A stretch of 64,000 nucleotides of DNA from Carcharhinus longimanus. Lineage: Eukaryota. The position numbers and the translations under genes were made by a program. Below the pieces are notes generated by a model. The model ran no database searches. It was not told where the DNA came from and saw only the letters and a program-made list of their open reading frames with translations. Below are positions 47,386-61,620 of the stretch, piece after piece (the first letter of the stretch is position 1; each line of letters opens with the position of its first letter). The DNA is taken from the NCBI GenBank assembly GCA_030264375.1, contig JASCQW010000001.1:149623031-149687030 (forward strand), written 5' to 3'.

Positions 47386-49819
47386 GCTGTCATGCCCAGC
47401 AAAGACATGCCACATTCATAACTTTTCAAACTATACTCACCATTGAATCTTCTACATGTACTTTTATTTATAAAATGAACAATCATGGGTTGTAAATTAT
47501 AACCCCTGATAGTCACCTGACTCTTCATCTGTGGATTCAAAAGCCACTACACTCTTTCTCAAGTGAACATATTTCAAGACTATTGGTGCCACTACCCATT
47601 CCCCGAAACCATCCAAAATAGCATTTCCTGACTTAAAGGGGTCATTCTGAAAGCAAGATGGTGATAGTTTCAAAGCCCAAAGGTGAATATCTGCAAACAA
47701 TAATTAAAGTTGCGGTTACTCGACTTAAGCCTAACACTATATTTATAAGGCAGCTATGAGAAACCACATGTCAGCTATGTCCCTTTGCAAAATCCTTAGC
47801 ACTGTCTGCACGACAATAAAATAATTGTGGAAACAGAAGCAGCAGAAAGGGCAGCAGCACACATGCTTTAAAAACTGCAATCTGTGACATCATTCCTTTT
47901 CAAGTTCACCAAGTATAGCAAAATGATCTCCTGGTAACAAGATTACAAGTAACTGATTCCATGACCTGCAAAACATCCATCTCATTGAGAGAATGCTGTA
48001 ATTACCCTGGTACAAAACTTTGGCTATTGAATTCACCTAACTTAAGGAGCAAAAAACCTTTTCATTAGTTCTGTACTGTGTATTTTCCAAAATGAGCCAA
48101 TTACATAAAAACAAAAGAACAGATTATAATTTAACTTTTTTCCTTGAGGACGTGTGTGTGTGTATGAATGGCGAGGGACTGATGGAGGATTAGATATTCA
48201 GGGTGAAGACATGATGTTCTTATGAATAAACAATCCTCTATTTAAACACACCAAACACTTGCTGCTGGTTATTCAAATTGTCCACACACTCCAGAATTAA
48301 GAAAGAAACACACATCATCATTAAAAAACACACATACTGACAACGGACAGTAAGGGAAGGGAACTGAGGTTTCAGTTCTCTCTCATTCCTGACCTTAACT
48401 CCACTATGAGGGATTGCGTACTTCAATATGCTTCCACCTATTGGCAGCATGGCCAAGTTCAAGACATCATACTGACCCAGCGTTCTGCTGCAAGAAGAAT
48501 GGTCAGGCTATCAGAGCATCAAACCTGAGCCCAAACATAAGTCCTGATGAGTTTCCACGTCACTATTTCAAGCAACTTGCTGAGGCACCTTTGACAGCAG
48601 ATGCATGAAGAGACCAACCTTTTCCCAACCAGCTACATTTTCTGAACTCTGAGAAATGCCCATTTCCAAAGCAACAACCCATATTATGTTATTGAGCTAA
48701 ATCCAGCATATGGTTACCATCCACAGGTAATTTTCCAGGTTTGGGAAGGCCGCCTTCAGTTCAGTGTAATGAACTGAAGACGGCCTTCTCATAAAAACTA
48801 AGGGTTCTTCTCCATTAGTTTATTTTTATGAACAGAAGGTTTTAGCAACAACTTGTTTTTGGGGGAGCCTGCTTTCTACAGCTGAGTGTGGCTATGATGG
48901 TAACAGCCCCTCTGTCTAACCGTCTCCAGTTATCACTTTCGCCTTTGATGTTACGCTATTCAGAAAACCTTATGGGCCAGGCTTTTAGCATACAGGTGCA
49001 AGTTATTTTTTCATCTCTTCACTTTGAAGTCACCTCTTCAATACACAATCGCTTTCCCCTTGTCACTTAGGTAAACACTTGTTTTCTTACTAAAAACACC
49101 CCATCCTTTGCCTGTTGCAAGACCTCTAGGGCCCCTTCCATCCTTATCAAGGGGAGTGCTAACCTTCTGTCCTTTCAAACACCCCATCAGACAGCTGCAC
49201 TCATCAGTTGCCCTTTTATCCAATTTTTCTGCTTTATTTTATCCCACTTTAATTTCTAACCTCAATTTTACTCAATTTTTGAATCTTCCTTCTACTCTAG
49301 TATTTTAACACGACAAATAAACCTACGATCAGGAAAACTACTAATATCCAGTTACTTACATCATCAACTATCTTGGGATCAATTTAGCAAGCAGTGCCCT
49401 AATCTAGGAGGTTTGTGCCCATTTTCCTGATGCAGAGGGAAGTACTCTGTGAAACTGGCCCCCGCAGTGGCTGCGGACATTCAGTTGCTGTTGCTGCTCC
49501 CTCCGTCCCAGCTGCATGTGGTAATGGGACAATGCTTTCATTTAAATATGTGAAGTTTAGGCTTTTTGGAAGCCAGCCAGTAGACCAAGATGCTTAGCCA
49601 TTCATCCCAGCCGTGAAGTGTCTCCTCGTAACATCTACTAGGCCAGCGGATACATGCCAAACTGACACCATTTAGCAACTTGAATCTTTTAAAATGGCAC
49701 CAGCTGTTGCCTGGAAGTGAGGGTATGGGGATAGCAGTTTGAGGGCGGGGGAGTGATGCACAGGGTGCCGGGGTTTGGGGGGGTGCTAAATGTTTGACAG
49801 AAATATGGAAAATAGGAGT

Positions 49820-50226
49820 GGCAGTTAAAAGGCAAAAGAATTAATGGGAATCTGAGGAGCAACTTTTTTATACAGAGGATGGTACATATGCGGAATGAGC
49901 TGCCGGAGGAAGTGGTTGAGGTAGGGACATTGACAACTTTTAAAAGGCATTTGGACAGATACATGGATAGGAAAGGTTTAGAGGGATATGGGCCAAGTGC
50001 AGGCAAATGGGTTTAGCTTAGATGGGCTTTTTGGTCATCATGGACCAGTTTGGGCTGAAGGGCCTGTCCCTGTGCTGTAGATTCTATGATTCTATGAGGA
50101 GGCCATTCAGCCATTCGATCCTGCTCTACTACCCAATATGATCATGGTCGATTTTCCACCTCAACGTGATATCTCACACTTTCCCCATGGCTCTTGACAC
50201 CTTTGGAGTCTAGAAATCCTTCTATT
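49820..50226. mobile_element. CR1 3' end (+, to ~50097) tail-to-tail with an antisense CR1 3' end
   Basis: TTTAAAAGGCATTTGGACAGATACATGG..GGGCCTGTCCCTGTGCTGTAGATTCTATGATTCTATG, then GGCCATTCAGCCATTCG. Confidence 0.8.
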
Positions 50227-50348
50227 NNNNNNNNNNNNNNNNNNNNNNNNNNNNNNNNNNNNNNNNNNNNNNNNNNNNNNNNNNNNNNNNNNNNNNNNNN
50301 NNNNNNNNNNNNNNNNNNNNNNNNNNNNNNNNNNNNNNNNNNNNNNNN

Positions 50349-50645
50349 CCTGGGTTCAATTCCTGGCTTGGGTCACTGTCTGTGTGGAGTTTGCACATTC
50401 TCCTCATGTCTGCGTGGGTTTCCTCAGGGTGCTCTGGTTTCCTCCCACAGTCCGAGGATGTGCGGGTTAGGTTGATTGGTCATGTTAAAATTGCCCCTTA
50501 GTGTCCTGACATGCGTAGGTTAGAGGGATTAACGGGTAAATGTATAGGGATATTCAGGTAGGGCCTGAGTAGGATTGTGGTCGGTGCAGACTCGATGGGC
50601 CCAATGGTCTCTTTCTGCACTGTAGGGTTTCTATGAGTTCTATGA
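50349..50645 (+). mobile_element. HE1-like V-SINE, tail A
   Basis: V core plus GCAGACTCGATGGGCCCAATGG..CTGCACTGTAGGGTTTCTATGAGTTCTATG. Confidence 0.88.
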
Positions 50646-51596
50646 CCAGTTCAGGTTTATATGTTCCAGGAATACATTCCTGCTACTCTGGGGCCCACAA
50701 AAATAATTCAAGTCGCTCCTTTACCTGGGACTCCTCAGCAATCCCATTATCTTGTAGAATTTGCTGAAGTCTGCATAGCATGGGTGAAAACACATCTTGC
50801 AAAGACATACAATTGAATCACAGAGGATGAGCCAAGATAAGCAACAGAAGTTTGTTTCTAGTTAGAATACATCCTGTTGATGCAATTTGCAGAAAAGGCA
50901 ATTGAATTACTGAAGTATGAAATTCCTAAATTAAATTGAGCTGAAATTTTTAACCAATTATCAGATTAAAAATGTCTGATTTTGACACTCCAGACACTTG
51001 ATTTTCATTTTTCAAAACTATCATCTTCTGACTGTTGGATCGTTATGTCACAAAATCCTTCAGTTAGAACTTACTGCTTTCCCAGTTACTGCCTAGTGTA
51101 ATCTCTTTCACAGGAAGATGCATGATATTTCTCAGACCCAGAAGCAACCTGCAATTGCAATCTGCCCAAACTGTGCTAAAATCCAAGAGAGTTATTTATA
51201 AGAAAATATCAAGATGCTTTTTACACTCATCAGCAGATAATGATGAATTCCACTCCACACATATAAACACCACACTACTTATTGATTTTTGTGACAAGTA
51301 TTTGTCAGGGGATGCCTAGTGGGAATTGTATTTTGGAATCTAAGAAGACTTTTGACACAGATAAGCTTCTCAATAAATTAGCCAATTTAAGTTTTAAGAA
51401 TCTCACAATTCAGGAGATTTAGGACTTATTTAATGAACTAATCTCAATTAGTCTCTATATCTCAAATAATGTCAAATGCTTTTGGGCATCCCCCCGCCGG
51501 CAATGACTCACTTGCACCTTTACATTTTCTTATCTATATCAATGATTAATCTCCCTGTGGAGCCAGAAAATAAGTCATTAACATCAATATGTACGT

Positions 51597-51922
51597 CATA
51601 GAATAGTAGAATCTCTATGGTGCAGAAGTAGGCCAATTGGTCCATTGAGCCTGCACCGATAACAATCCCACCCAGGCCCTTTCACCATAGCCTCACATAA
51701 TTACCTACTAATCCTCCTGACATTGAGAGGCAATTTAGCATGGTCAATCAACCTAACCTGCACATCTTTGGAGTGCAGGAGGAAACCGGAGCACCCAGAG
51801 AAAACCCACGCAGACGTGGGGAAAATGTGCAAACTCCAGACTGCCACCTGAGGCTGGAATTTGAACCCGGGGTCCTGGTGCTGTGAGGCAGCAGTGCTAA
51901 CCACTGTGCCATTGTGCCGTCC
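51597..51922 (-). mobile_element. HE1-like V-SINE, tail A
   Basis: Full-length head, core and tail in reverse. Confidence 0.88.
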
Positions 51923-52032
51923 ATTAATAGCTAGAGTTTACAAAAAGGAAGATTACACTCGATGGAGCAGATGTATTGTCTTTTGAACTTAGCTGTATTT
52001 TAAGTAGGATAAGGAGATATTGCGTCATCTGT

Positions 52033-52278
52033 GGGTGGCATAGTGGTTAGCACTGTTGCGTCAAGCGTGAGCTTGATTCCTGGCATGGGTCACAGTCTGT
52101 GTGGAGTCTGCGTGGGTTTCCTTCAGGTGTTCGGGTTTCGTCCCATGGTCCGAAAGACATACTGGTTAGATGCATTGACCTGAACTGGTGCTGGAGTGTG
52201 GCAAGTGGGGATTTTCACAGTAACTTCATTACAGTATTAATATAAGCCTTCCTTGTGACACTAATAAATAAATTTTAA
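52033..52278 (+). mobile_element. V-SINE, tail B, internally deleted
   Basis: GTGGCATAGTGGTTAGCACTG head; GGGATTTTCACAGTAACTTCATT..CTTGTGACACTAATAAATAAA tail. Confidence 0.82.
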
Positions 52279-54577
52279 ACAATGGAGCATTTTCCTTGTT
52301 TCCTCGGACACATCACTCTCAGTCACAAGGCATGGAACTCTTTCCCAACTTGCCCCTGAGTCTTCGCAACTTGTCACACAATCCCCAACACAAAAAAAAG
52401 TTCCATTTTTCCATGGAGTATATTTAAATATCCAACCTATTGCATGATTGATTATCTGACATAGTTCCTGAAATATAGATGGTGGGAGGTTCACAGCTGT
52501 AGGATTAACATGGCACATTTTAATAGTGTGTAGAAGTGCCGGTTGTGGTTCACAGCCTCACCCAATGCTCTTCAGCTGTAACTTAAGTGGGAAAATGATC
52601 AGGGGTTGGTAGGGAAACTGCAGGACAGTTATGTTCACTATCACCTGCACGGTTCAATATCCTGGGCCTAAACTTGCCCTCTTAGTGAGGAACAGGAAAA
52701 ACAACTGAAAGACAGACAAGAAAATGGTCATTGCACTTAAGAAATGGATTCAAAAGAGAACATGGGGTCAGGGTTTGACAATTTAAGCTCATTTTGTGCA
52801 TGGTAGGTTTGCACGTAACGAAAACTGAAATGTTAAATAAACTGTGGAGCTCGAAGCAAGAACAGCACATAGTACTGGCAGAATATATTAGCTTGGTGAC
52901 AGTCAGACCAGTTACTATCACAGAGTGGCAGCCGTAGCCCTGGTAAGATTGGAATTGCACAATCATTATCTCCTAAGAATCAAAATCTGAAGGACAAACT
53001 GAAGCTAAATATTAAAAGTTTCTCTGTCATCAATAATGAATGAATTGTACTTTAGGGAGTTGAATTAAGTTTGAAATTAAGGATCAATTTCTGTATTGCA
53101 GGGATTGTCAAACTAAAAACAAGAGAGTTAACTTACATACATATAAAGGCAAAATAAGGAACATAAAATGATCCAAACTTTTTCTCATGTTAATTAGCAA
53201 ATTGAAACAAAAGCAAGAGACAACATGAATGCAAAAAGTGTTTCAGATACTATGCTATATAAATATGGTAAGAAAGGTCACAATGGAATGGCATGGCACC
53301 ATGAAACAACAAAATGCCTGTAGATCAGAGAGCTGTGAGCACAAACAGTGCAGCTTGCTAATTTCCACATTTAAAGTCACCTTGCTGCGGACAGACATTG
53401 AACACGCAGGAATGGGTGGGAGGAAAGCTGGTGGGGAAGTCATTAATGGTCACCATCTAGCTGAGGAGTGATGCTGGTAGAGATCTGATCAAAATAAACC
53501 ATTTCTTCTTTTTGCTGTGGCAATGTACGAGATGGCAAAGCCCATGTGGAGACAAAAGAAAGAAATCTATTTAGGGATTACACATTCGCAATATGAAATC
53601 CTTCAATATTGTCCTTCTCCTTCATCCTCTGAGAAACGTTGATGTGCTGGAAGATGAATTTGTTGCTTGGAAATGCAGGATTCACAGGGGTTGACAGTGC
53701 AGAAAATAAATGGTAACTAGTTAGTGTTGTGTAACAAGACTTTCTTTTTTAATACATCATACGAAAAGGTTCTTTGTAGTATTTCTCAATAAATCATCAG
53801 TTCTTACATCAATCTCTCACGAGCCTTTGGATCTGATTGTTCTTATTTATAGGTAATTAGTAAGACATTCTCATTTCTATTCTGCTCATAATATCGTCAA
53901 TCTTAAAATGAATAGATAGATTTAATTTTTATCCACCTATTTGCATCATGCTGCCATTAGTAAAACAATCTTGTTCTCGGATCACTGGACCATTTTATCA
54001 AACCATAAATCTTTCAGTCAGAATTGGCTCCCTCTGCACTGTTTTCCAATTATGGAGAGTAACCTATTTGAATATATTTTTATTATGATTTAAATTTTGA
54101 TTTTCATGTAATTGTTTGTGTGATTATCTTTCAAATTAATTTTGTGACACTGTTGACTGATATATTCTACATTCCTGCCGCTAATTTTCAAAACATTAAT
54201 GACTTAATGAGGGACTGTAGAACAGTTTGGCCTTTGATTAAGTTGTCAGATCCTCTTTGGTGGTATTAGGATTTGCTTCAAATTTACTACAGGTTGTGCA
54301 CATAAAATACATATCAAATCATTTCTTATTTAGCTAAGGGCAAAGTAAGCCATGTTGCTCCTGCACACCTCCTAGTGGTCGCATTGAAAGTTGTATTATC
54401 AGAGCCTTTGTAATAGGCTGATGGATACACGCTCTTGGAATGCCAATGCTCTGGTATGTCAGGGAACCCAAAGAAGGGAAAGAAGACAACTTAATGGAGG
54501 GAAAAATGGAACATCATACTCATCAGTATATGAATGATTCCAGCTAACATCTTAATCTAGAAATTATAATGTCGGTT

Positions 54578-54867
54578 ATCGTAGAATCCCTACAGTGCAG
54601 AAGGCGGCCATCTGGCCCATCGAGTCTGCACCAACAACAATCCCACCCAGATCTTATCCCTGAAATCCATGTATTTACCCTGCTAGCCTCCCTGGCACCA
54701 ATGGTCAATTTAGCATGGCCAATCAACCTAACCCACATATCTTTGGAGCACGGGAGGAAACCCATGGGGAGAACATGCAAACTCAACAGTCACCCGAGGT
54801 TAGAATTGAACCTGGGTTCCTGGCACTGTGCAGCAGCAGTGTGAACCACTGTGCTATCATGCTGCCT
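54578..54867 (-). mobile_element. HE1-like V-SINE, tail A
   Basis: TAGAATCCCTACAGTGCAGAAGGCGGCC ... GCAGCAGTGTGAACCACTGTGC. Confidence 0.85.
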
Positions 54868-55694
54868 CGATTTTGAAATTTTTCAAACAGAAAGCTGCAG
54901 TCACCATTTAACAGAACCATTAATGAGACCACATGTTTGAAATCATCCCCTTCTTCAAATACCCCCATGTAAAGATGCTTTACATGTTCAGATTACATTT
55001 CCTAAGCCTTATGCTCTTCAAACCTAGGCTAATGTCTCCATCAAAACAGAAAAATAGTGTCATACAATGCATAAGCTGTTCATTTTGCTAACAGCTTTTT
55101 CTAAGATTTTATTCTTGAAGAAATATTCAACCCATCTTGATTTGAAAGTTGGCACTAATTTTATTTGCACTCAAGAAGAGAAGCTATACCTGACTTCACA
55201 GTATTAGTCAAAGTTGTAGGGTATCAAGTGTTCTAATCCAGAATGTCAGGTTGTGAACGATAGAACTGCAACCAATCTTTTACACACTTTTATCGGCATT
55301 TATTTACCTCCTATTCCATGCACCTCCCAACGCAACAGCCATAGCTGTATTGTGTACCTATCTATAGGAGCATGAATGTAACCCCAGTTAACGTTCATCA
55401 TTTGCGCATAATTAAATACAGTTAACATGCAATTAATTTCAGTGCTAAAAGCCTCTGTCCCTGAATAGTGCATGCTTCACAGATCAGTTCTTTTGATGTC
55501 CATTATTTTGGTATTTTTGTTCATATGTATATTTTGAAAAATCTTGCAGAGTACTTGCAAAAGCTCTGTTGATAACAGATGTGATTGAACTGTGGAAGTC
55601 ATTCCCTACTCGGATCAATCAGCTGATCTAGCTTGAGTGAAATGAAAGATGCTATAAAAATGTTCTGGAGAAAGGAATGATTATGCTTACCACA

Positions 55695-56110
55695 TTTACT
55701 GCTCATCAATAACTGCCCCAAGAAATTGGTGGTGGGTCCTCTCTTTCAATTGTCGCAGTCCTTGTTGTGGTGCTTTTAACTGGCTGATTGACAATGAAGG
55801 AATGGCAATAAATGTCCAAGTCAAGCCGGTAGGTGACTTGGAAGGGCGTTCGGAGGTGAAGGAATTGCTAAGACCTTGCTGTTTCCGCCATTCACACCAA
55901 TAGAGGTGGTAGGAAATACACATCCAGTTAAAGTATGCTTGGTGATTTGTTTTAGTTTCAGTGCATCCTGTAGATAGAACATCTGTACTGCAACCACAAT
56001 GTGCCAATGATGAAGAGGGTGAACGTTGAATTCAATGGTAAGGGTACTTATCAGGTAGACTGCTCTGCCTTGACCTTCTTGAGTGTCATTGCCATTGTAC
56101 CCATCCAGAT
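55695..56110 (-). mobile_element. Old CR1-group LINE (type B) fragment
   Basis: Diverged match to 27780-28260. Confidence 0.55.
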
Positions 56111-57149
56111 CAGCCCAAAGAGATTCTACACAAGCTCAGTTTCACACATTAGACACTATTAGACACTTGTATATTGCAGTATTGTTAATTTTCAGCATTT
56201 GGGTGTCTGTAGTGAATGACAATAAGGAAAGTCTTCCACAGTCCCTGAGAAAACATTGTTATGCTCTGTAGCTATAGCAAATTATACCTATGTCACCAGA
56301 GAACATGCATTAACCATTCTATTGGCACTGAGTTAACCATTAGCATCCCTCAACATGGATACTCTGGATGCAGTCCGTACAATCTCTCAAATGCATTATA
56401 GTCGCATACTCCAAGTATTTCAACAGCATTTCCTTCCTCTGTGACCTCTACCATTGCAAAGGACAGGAGCAGCAATGCCTTGACAAAACCAGTTCCCTTC
56501 CAAGTTACATGCCATTCTGACTTCAGAGGCTTTGGATGGTATTGGAAGCACATGTAACATAATGAAATTAGAGTATTGAGAATCACTGTTGTGCATAGTT
56601 TGCTGCATAACATTGCATTACAGAGAAGCCTTATCAGAAAAGCCCTGGAGGGGGAAGAACAGGCACCCAGTTACACTCCTTGGTTCAGTGTGGTTATTGA
56701 GAAAAATCTAACTCAGTTTTGAAATTTTCAATGTATCTAGCTCGACAGATGTTTGCAGGGAAAGAGCATTAACAAAGTCTTATTTATTGATGTTTGCTCT
56801 TGCATGCAGTGTACCTTAATGAGTTGCAAACAAGTGAGTAAGCACAGCTTTTTATGCTTAAAATAAAACAGCCACCTACTTTACAGGACTGTAACGGGCA
56901 ACTTTGAAATTGATGTTAATACAAATGGATAAGGCTAACTGCTTTCCAGCCAATATAAGCAAACACTCATTTTAAACATGGATGTTTTAAGGGCTGGGAA
57001 TTAATTAAATTATCAGAGGAAGTTTCAGCATCACAAACCAACCTACTAGGTGGACATTTATTCTTCATTTTTAATGGATAAAAATGAAGGAGAATATTTT
57101 ACCAAATAATCCAAAGTCATTGCACAAGGTGCAATCCCTGTGTTGGTTT

Positions 57150-58815
57150 AAGTAAACCTAGTCATCACCCCCCTCAATAAATTATCCTTGACAACTCTAT
57201 TCTTGTTATCATCCTATTAAACTACCACCCCCATCGCCAACCATTTCCTCTCCAGGGTGGCTGCATTAACGTCATCTCCCAAGTGCTGCCCATTTTCCCC
57301 AAAATTCCTACAATCAGATTTTCATTTTTGCCGCAATACATCCGATGTGACTGTGATTGGTAAACAATCCCTCCTCAACCTGTCTGCAGCCTTTGACATG
57401 ATTGGCCACACTAATCTCCTCCAAAGTCTCTCTTCTGTCGTCCAGCCAGGTGGATTCTCACCTGGTTCCTTGCTTATCTCTCCCATTACATCCAGGGAAT
57501 AATCTACAGTGGTTTGCCTTTCCTCTCCTGAACTTTAGCTTCTGGTGACCCCTAAATTTCTCTTCTTGGCCTCCCCCTATCTTTCATCTACATGCTGCCT
57601 CTTGGTAAAATGATAACATCAGGTTCCATATGTACACTGACAAAACTCAGTTCTGCATCACTACCATCTCTGCTGACCCCTCTATTATCCCTAACTTGTC
57701 AGACTGCTTGTCCAGTATCCAGTATTGGATGATCAGAAATGTTCTCTAACTAAATATTCGAAAGATCAGTGCTATTGTTCTCAGTATTGACTACAAACTC
57801 TGCTTTCTAGCCACTAACCTTCTCCATCTTTCTATTAACTATCTAAGCCTGAACTAGATTGTTCATAAGCTTGGCATAATACCTGTTCCCAGTTTGAGCT
57901 ACCAACCACATATTTAGACTATCATCAAGATCAGTTGCTTCTATCTTTGTAATATCGCCCAACACCATCCTTGCCTCGCTCATGCATGCCCTTGTTGCCT
58001 CTAAACTTGACTATTCCAATGCTCACCCAAGTTCCATCCTCTGTAAACTGAAGCTCATCCAAATGTCTGCTGCACACCAAATGCCATTCTCCCATCATCC
58101 CTGTAGTCGCTGACCCACATTGACTCCTGGTCCGGTAACATCACAGTTTTAAAATTCTCATCTTTGTTTTTAAATCCCTCATGGTCTTACCTCTGCCTAT
58201 TTCTGTAACCCCCCTCTAGTTCCACAACTCTGAATTACTCCAATCCTGATCTCTTGCATGGTGGCATGGCAGTTGGCACTGCTGCTTCAGAACGTCAGGA
58301 GCCTGGGTTCAATTCCCGGCTTGGATCACTGTCAGTGTGGAGTTTGCACATTCTCCCCGTGTCTGCGTGGGTTTCTTCCGGGCACTCCAGTTTCCTCCCA
58401 CAGTCCAAAAGACGTGGTGGTTAAGTTCACTGACCATGCTAAATTCTCCTTTATTGTACCTGAGCAGGTGCCGGAGAATGGTGACTAGGGGATTTTCACA
58501 GCAACTTCATTGCAGTGTTAACGTAAGCCTACTTGTGAGTAATAAATGAATAAACTCTGATTTTAAATGCTCCATCATGTTTTCAGCTGCATAGCCCCTA
58601 AATCGGGAAGCTCCTCCCTAAACATCTTCCTCTCTTTCTCTCTTCCTTCCAGATGCTCTTCAAAACCAACCTCTTCAACAAAGCTTTCGGTCATCCATTC
58701 TAAACTTATCTTCTGTGACTTGCTGACAAACTTTGTCTGATAATGTTGCTGCGAAGCACCTTTGCAAGCTTTAGTTTTATATATTTCAAAGGCACGAAAT
58801 AAATGATAGTTATTG
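57150..58815 (+). mobile_element. Degraded L2-clade LINE interrupted by a V-SINE
   Basis: LLNLSAAFDMIGH..LL (L2 LLDLSAAFDTVDH), YADDTQ-like TACACTGACAAAACTCAG, CTTGACTATTCCAATGC (LDYSN), TTTAAAATTCTC. Confidence 0.8.
58258..58555 (+). mobile_element. V-SINE, tail B
   Basis: Head, V core, GACTAGGGGATTTTCACAGCAACTTCATTGCAGTGTTAACGTAAGCCTACTTGTGA tail. Confidence 0.88.
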
Positions 58816-59519
58816 GACCTCAGACTTGTGTTTAACAGTGGGTTTCTCTCTCAGCCTATGCATTCGCATTCTGTTCAGATCAATGGTAACACTATTTTGC
58901 ATCATATTGTTCCACATGTCCGTGGAAACTGTCTGCTGTGATTTGTAATCCATTTGAGTGATTACATTAACCATTATGAAAACTGTCAATATAAAATGCC
59001 TTTGGTTTGGTGCCAGTGTAAATCTGATGCTTTCTTCTAAGATGGTGAGCCCAGGGTCATCAACGATATACTTCGTATTTTTGGATACTTCAGGCAGTTT
59101 TCATCATTTCCATTCAAGAAGTTGGCCTTCAAGTATTTTCTTTAGCACGCACTAAATGAGTACAAATTCCTCTTTATAACTCCTGGGTTTGTATGGTATT
59201 AAGTCAATGACTGACATTTTTGACATTCTAGAAACAATGTAATATATTTATGACCTTTAACCAGTTAAGGAACAAATGATAGCCATGAACTTTACAAGCA
59301 CCGCGACTCATCCTTATGTGTATTTTTTTTGCAATGTGTGTCTCATCGTTCTTGTCCAGCCTCCTTTGAGAACTTGAAATTAACATTTGTGATTATCTCA
59401 AATGAATACATAGCCTTGGAGAATAGTCACTCCCATTGATTGAAATTGCTGGTGTTTTCATACTTGAAACAATCAAGTCAGGGAGATTATGGAGCAAATT
59501 TATACCTTGATTTCTGACC

Positions 59520-60418
59520 AAGCTAGATTTCCAGGCTAGCAACATGGACTTCCGCTGATTATGGCAAGGTCTGCAAAACATAACAGGCTACAAAATCAAG
59601 GCATGTAAAATCGCCAGCACTAATGCACCCCTCTCTGATGAGCTCAATGCATTCTATGCCCGTTTTGAGCAAGGTGTCAGTGTGAGCACACCCTCCAGCC
59701 TGGAACCTGTATCCCAAGTCACCATTACAAATATCAGAGCCGCCTTCTTGAAAGTCAACCCATGGAAAACGACTGGTCCGGATGGGGTACATGGACGAGC
59801 ACTCAGATCCTGCATGGATCAGCTGGTGAGGGTATTCGCAGACATCTTCAAACTCTCTTTACCACAATCTGAGGTCCCCACCTGCTTCAAGAAGACCAGC
59901 ATCATCCCAGTACCAAAGAAAAGCCAAGCAGCGTTCCTTAATGACGATCATCCGGTGATTCTGACATCCATCATTACGAAGTGCTTTGAAAGGTTAGTCA
60001 TGGCAAAATCAATTCTGGCCTCCCAGATTGCTTCGATCCTTTACAGTTCATCTACTGCTACAACAGGTCCACAGCAGGCGCCATCTCCCTGGCCTTGCAC
60101 TCAACCCTGGAACACCTTGATAACAAAGACGCCGATGTCAGACTCCTATTTATTGACTACAGCTCAGCATTCCCACAAAACACATCTCCAAACTCATGGC
60201 CTGGAGCTCAGCTCCTCTTTCTGAGACTGGATCCTGAACTTTCTAACATACAGACTGTAATCAGTAAGGATAGGCAACAACACTTCCTCCACAGTCATCC
60301 TCAACACCAGTGCCCCAGAAGGCTGTGTCCTCAGCCCTTATTATACTCCTTATACACCTATGATTGTGTGGCCAAATTCCCCTTCAACTTGATTTTCAAG
60401 ATTGCTGAAGATACCGGT
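59520..60418 (+). mobile_element. Rex1/Babar LINE RT fragment (runs into gap)
   Basis: [65 protein letters not shown]; frameshift; [22 protein letters not shown]. Confidence 0.92.
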
Positions 60419-60519
60419 NNNNNNNNNNNNNNNNNNNNNNNNNNNNNNNNNNNNNNNNNNNNNNNNNNNNNNNNNNNNNNNNNNNNNNNNNNNNNNNNNN
60501 NNNNNNNNNNNNNNNNNNC

Positions 60520-60665
60520 TAAAATCAATTATCTGATCATTTATCCCCTTCTGGTTTTGTCTGCACCTCTTTGCCCTTCAGGAAAGCAACAAAGTTGGCT
60601 GTGAAGTGATTTTGGGTGTCCTAAGGTCATGAAAGGTGCCATACAAATGCAAGTTCTTTTTTTCT
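60520..60665 (+). mobile_element. Deu-SINE 3' fragment
   Basis: GAAAGGTGCCATACAAATGCAAGTTCTTT tail, as at 16840-16870. Confidence 0.6.
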
Positions 60666-61269
60666 TTGATATAACTTTCAAATGTTTCACAGTTCCAAAT
60701 GTTAGTTTGGATGGCATTTTTGTATTTATGACATCATAATGGAAGATAGGAGATTCCCATCGCTTTTTCCATTTCACTGTCGGCATTGGATGCTCCCAAT
60801 TTAGCTCTGACATGAGCTAGGTAGTCTAAACCCCCCCTTACTCTGTGGCAAAGTACAACTTTCCATTTCTCGTTCCAAGTATCCTGAGGGCTTTTCTATG
60901 TGAGATTATCAATTTAGTGCCAACTAGTGTTGAGTTATCAATAGTTTAGAGCTGTGGCCTGTTGCCCATAAAGAACTGAGATGAGACCCCCAAAACTCAT
61001 TTTCATAAGACCCTTAGAACTGATAGAGATTATAATTGCATCAATAGGGGCTGGAAATGAGCCCAGTGGCCTCAGATTTAAAATAAACCTGTTCTGATCT
61101 CCTGTATATCTTCTAGTCCTTCCAAATGGTTTCCTATAATTTAGCTAAAGCCTGAAGAACAACTGAGTCATTATAAATTTTTCACCATGCTGGCTGTCCA
61201 TCATAGGGAAAGTGGCATGAGTTGCATATCTATAACAGAAATGGGATATTCTCAAGCATGACATATAAT

Positions 61270-61620
61270 AGTACTTGCATTTTATATATTGCCGTGCACC
61301 ATCAAAATGTCTCCAAGTGCATAATGTGATGAATTATGTTGAAGTGCAGTGATTGTTGCTGTGTAGGTAAATGCACCAGCCATTTGGCACTCAGCAGTTC
61401 TGCATAAAGAATAATAAGGTGAATGGCCATTGATATATTTTGGTTATGCCGGTTGAGCGAAGTACCCCTGGAGAATTGTCTGCTTATCTTTCAACAATGC
61501 GTGGGATTGTTAATGTCAATGAACAATATAACCAGAGAGGTAGAGCCCTGGTTTAATATTTCATGTGAGATGATGGCACCATGAACAATGTAGTACTTCT
61601 GTGAAGTGGCAGCTTCAATT
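61270..61620 (-). mobile_element. Old Deu-domain SINE
   Basis: ACTTGCATTTTATAT..GAAGTGCAGTGATTGTTG..GGTTTAATATTTCATGTGAGATGATGGCACC is a diverged reverse match to 61875-62468. Confidence 0.55.
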
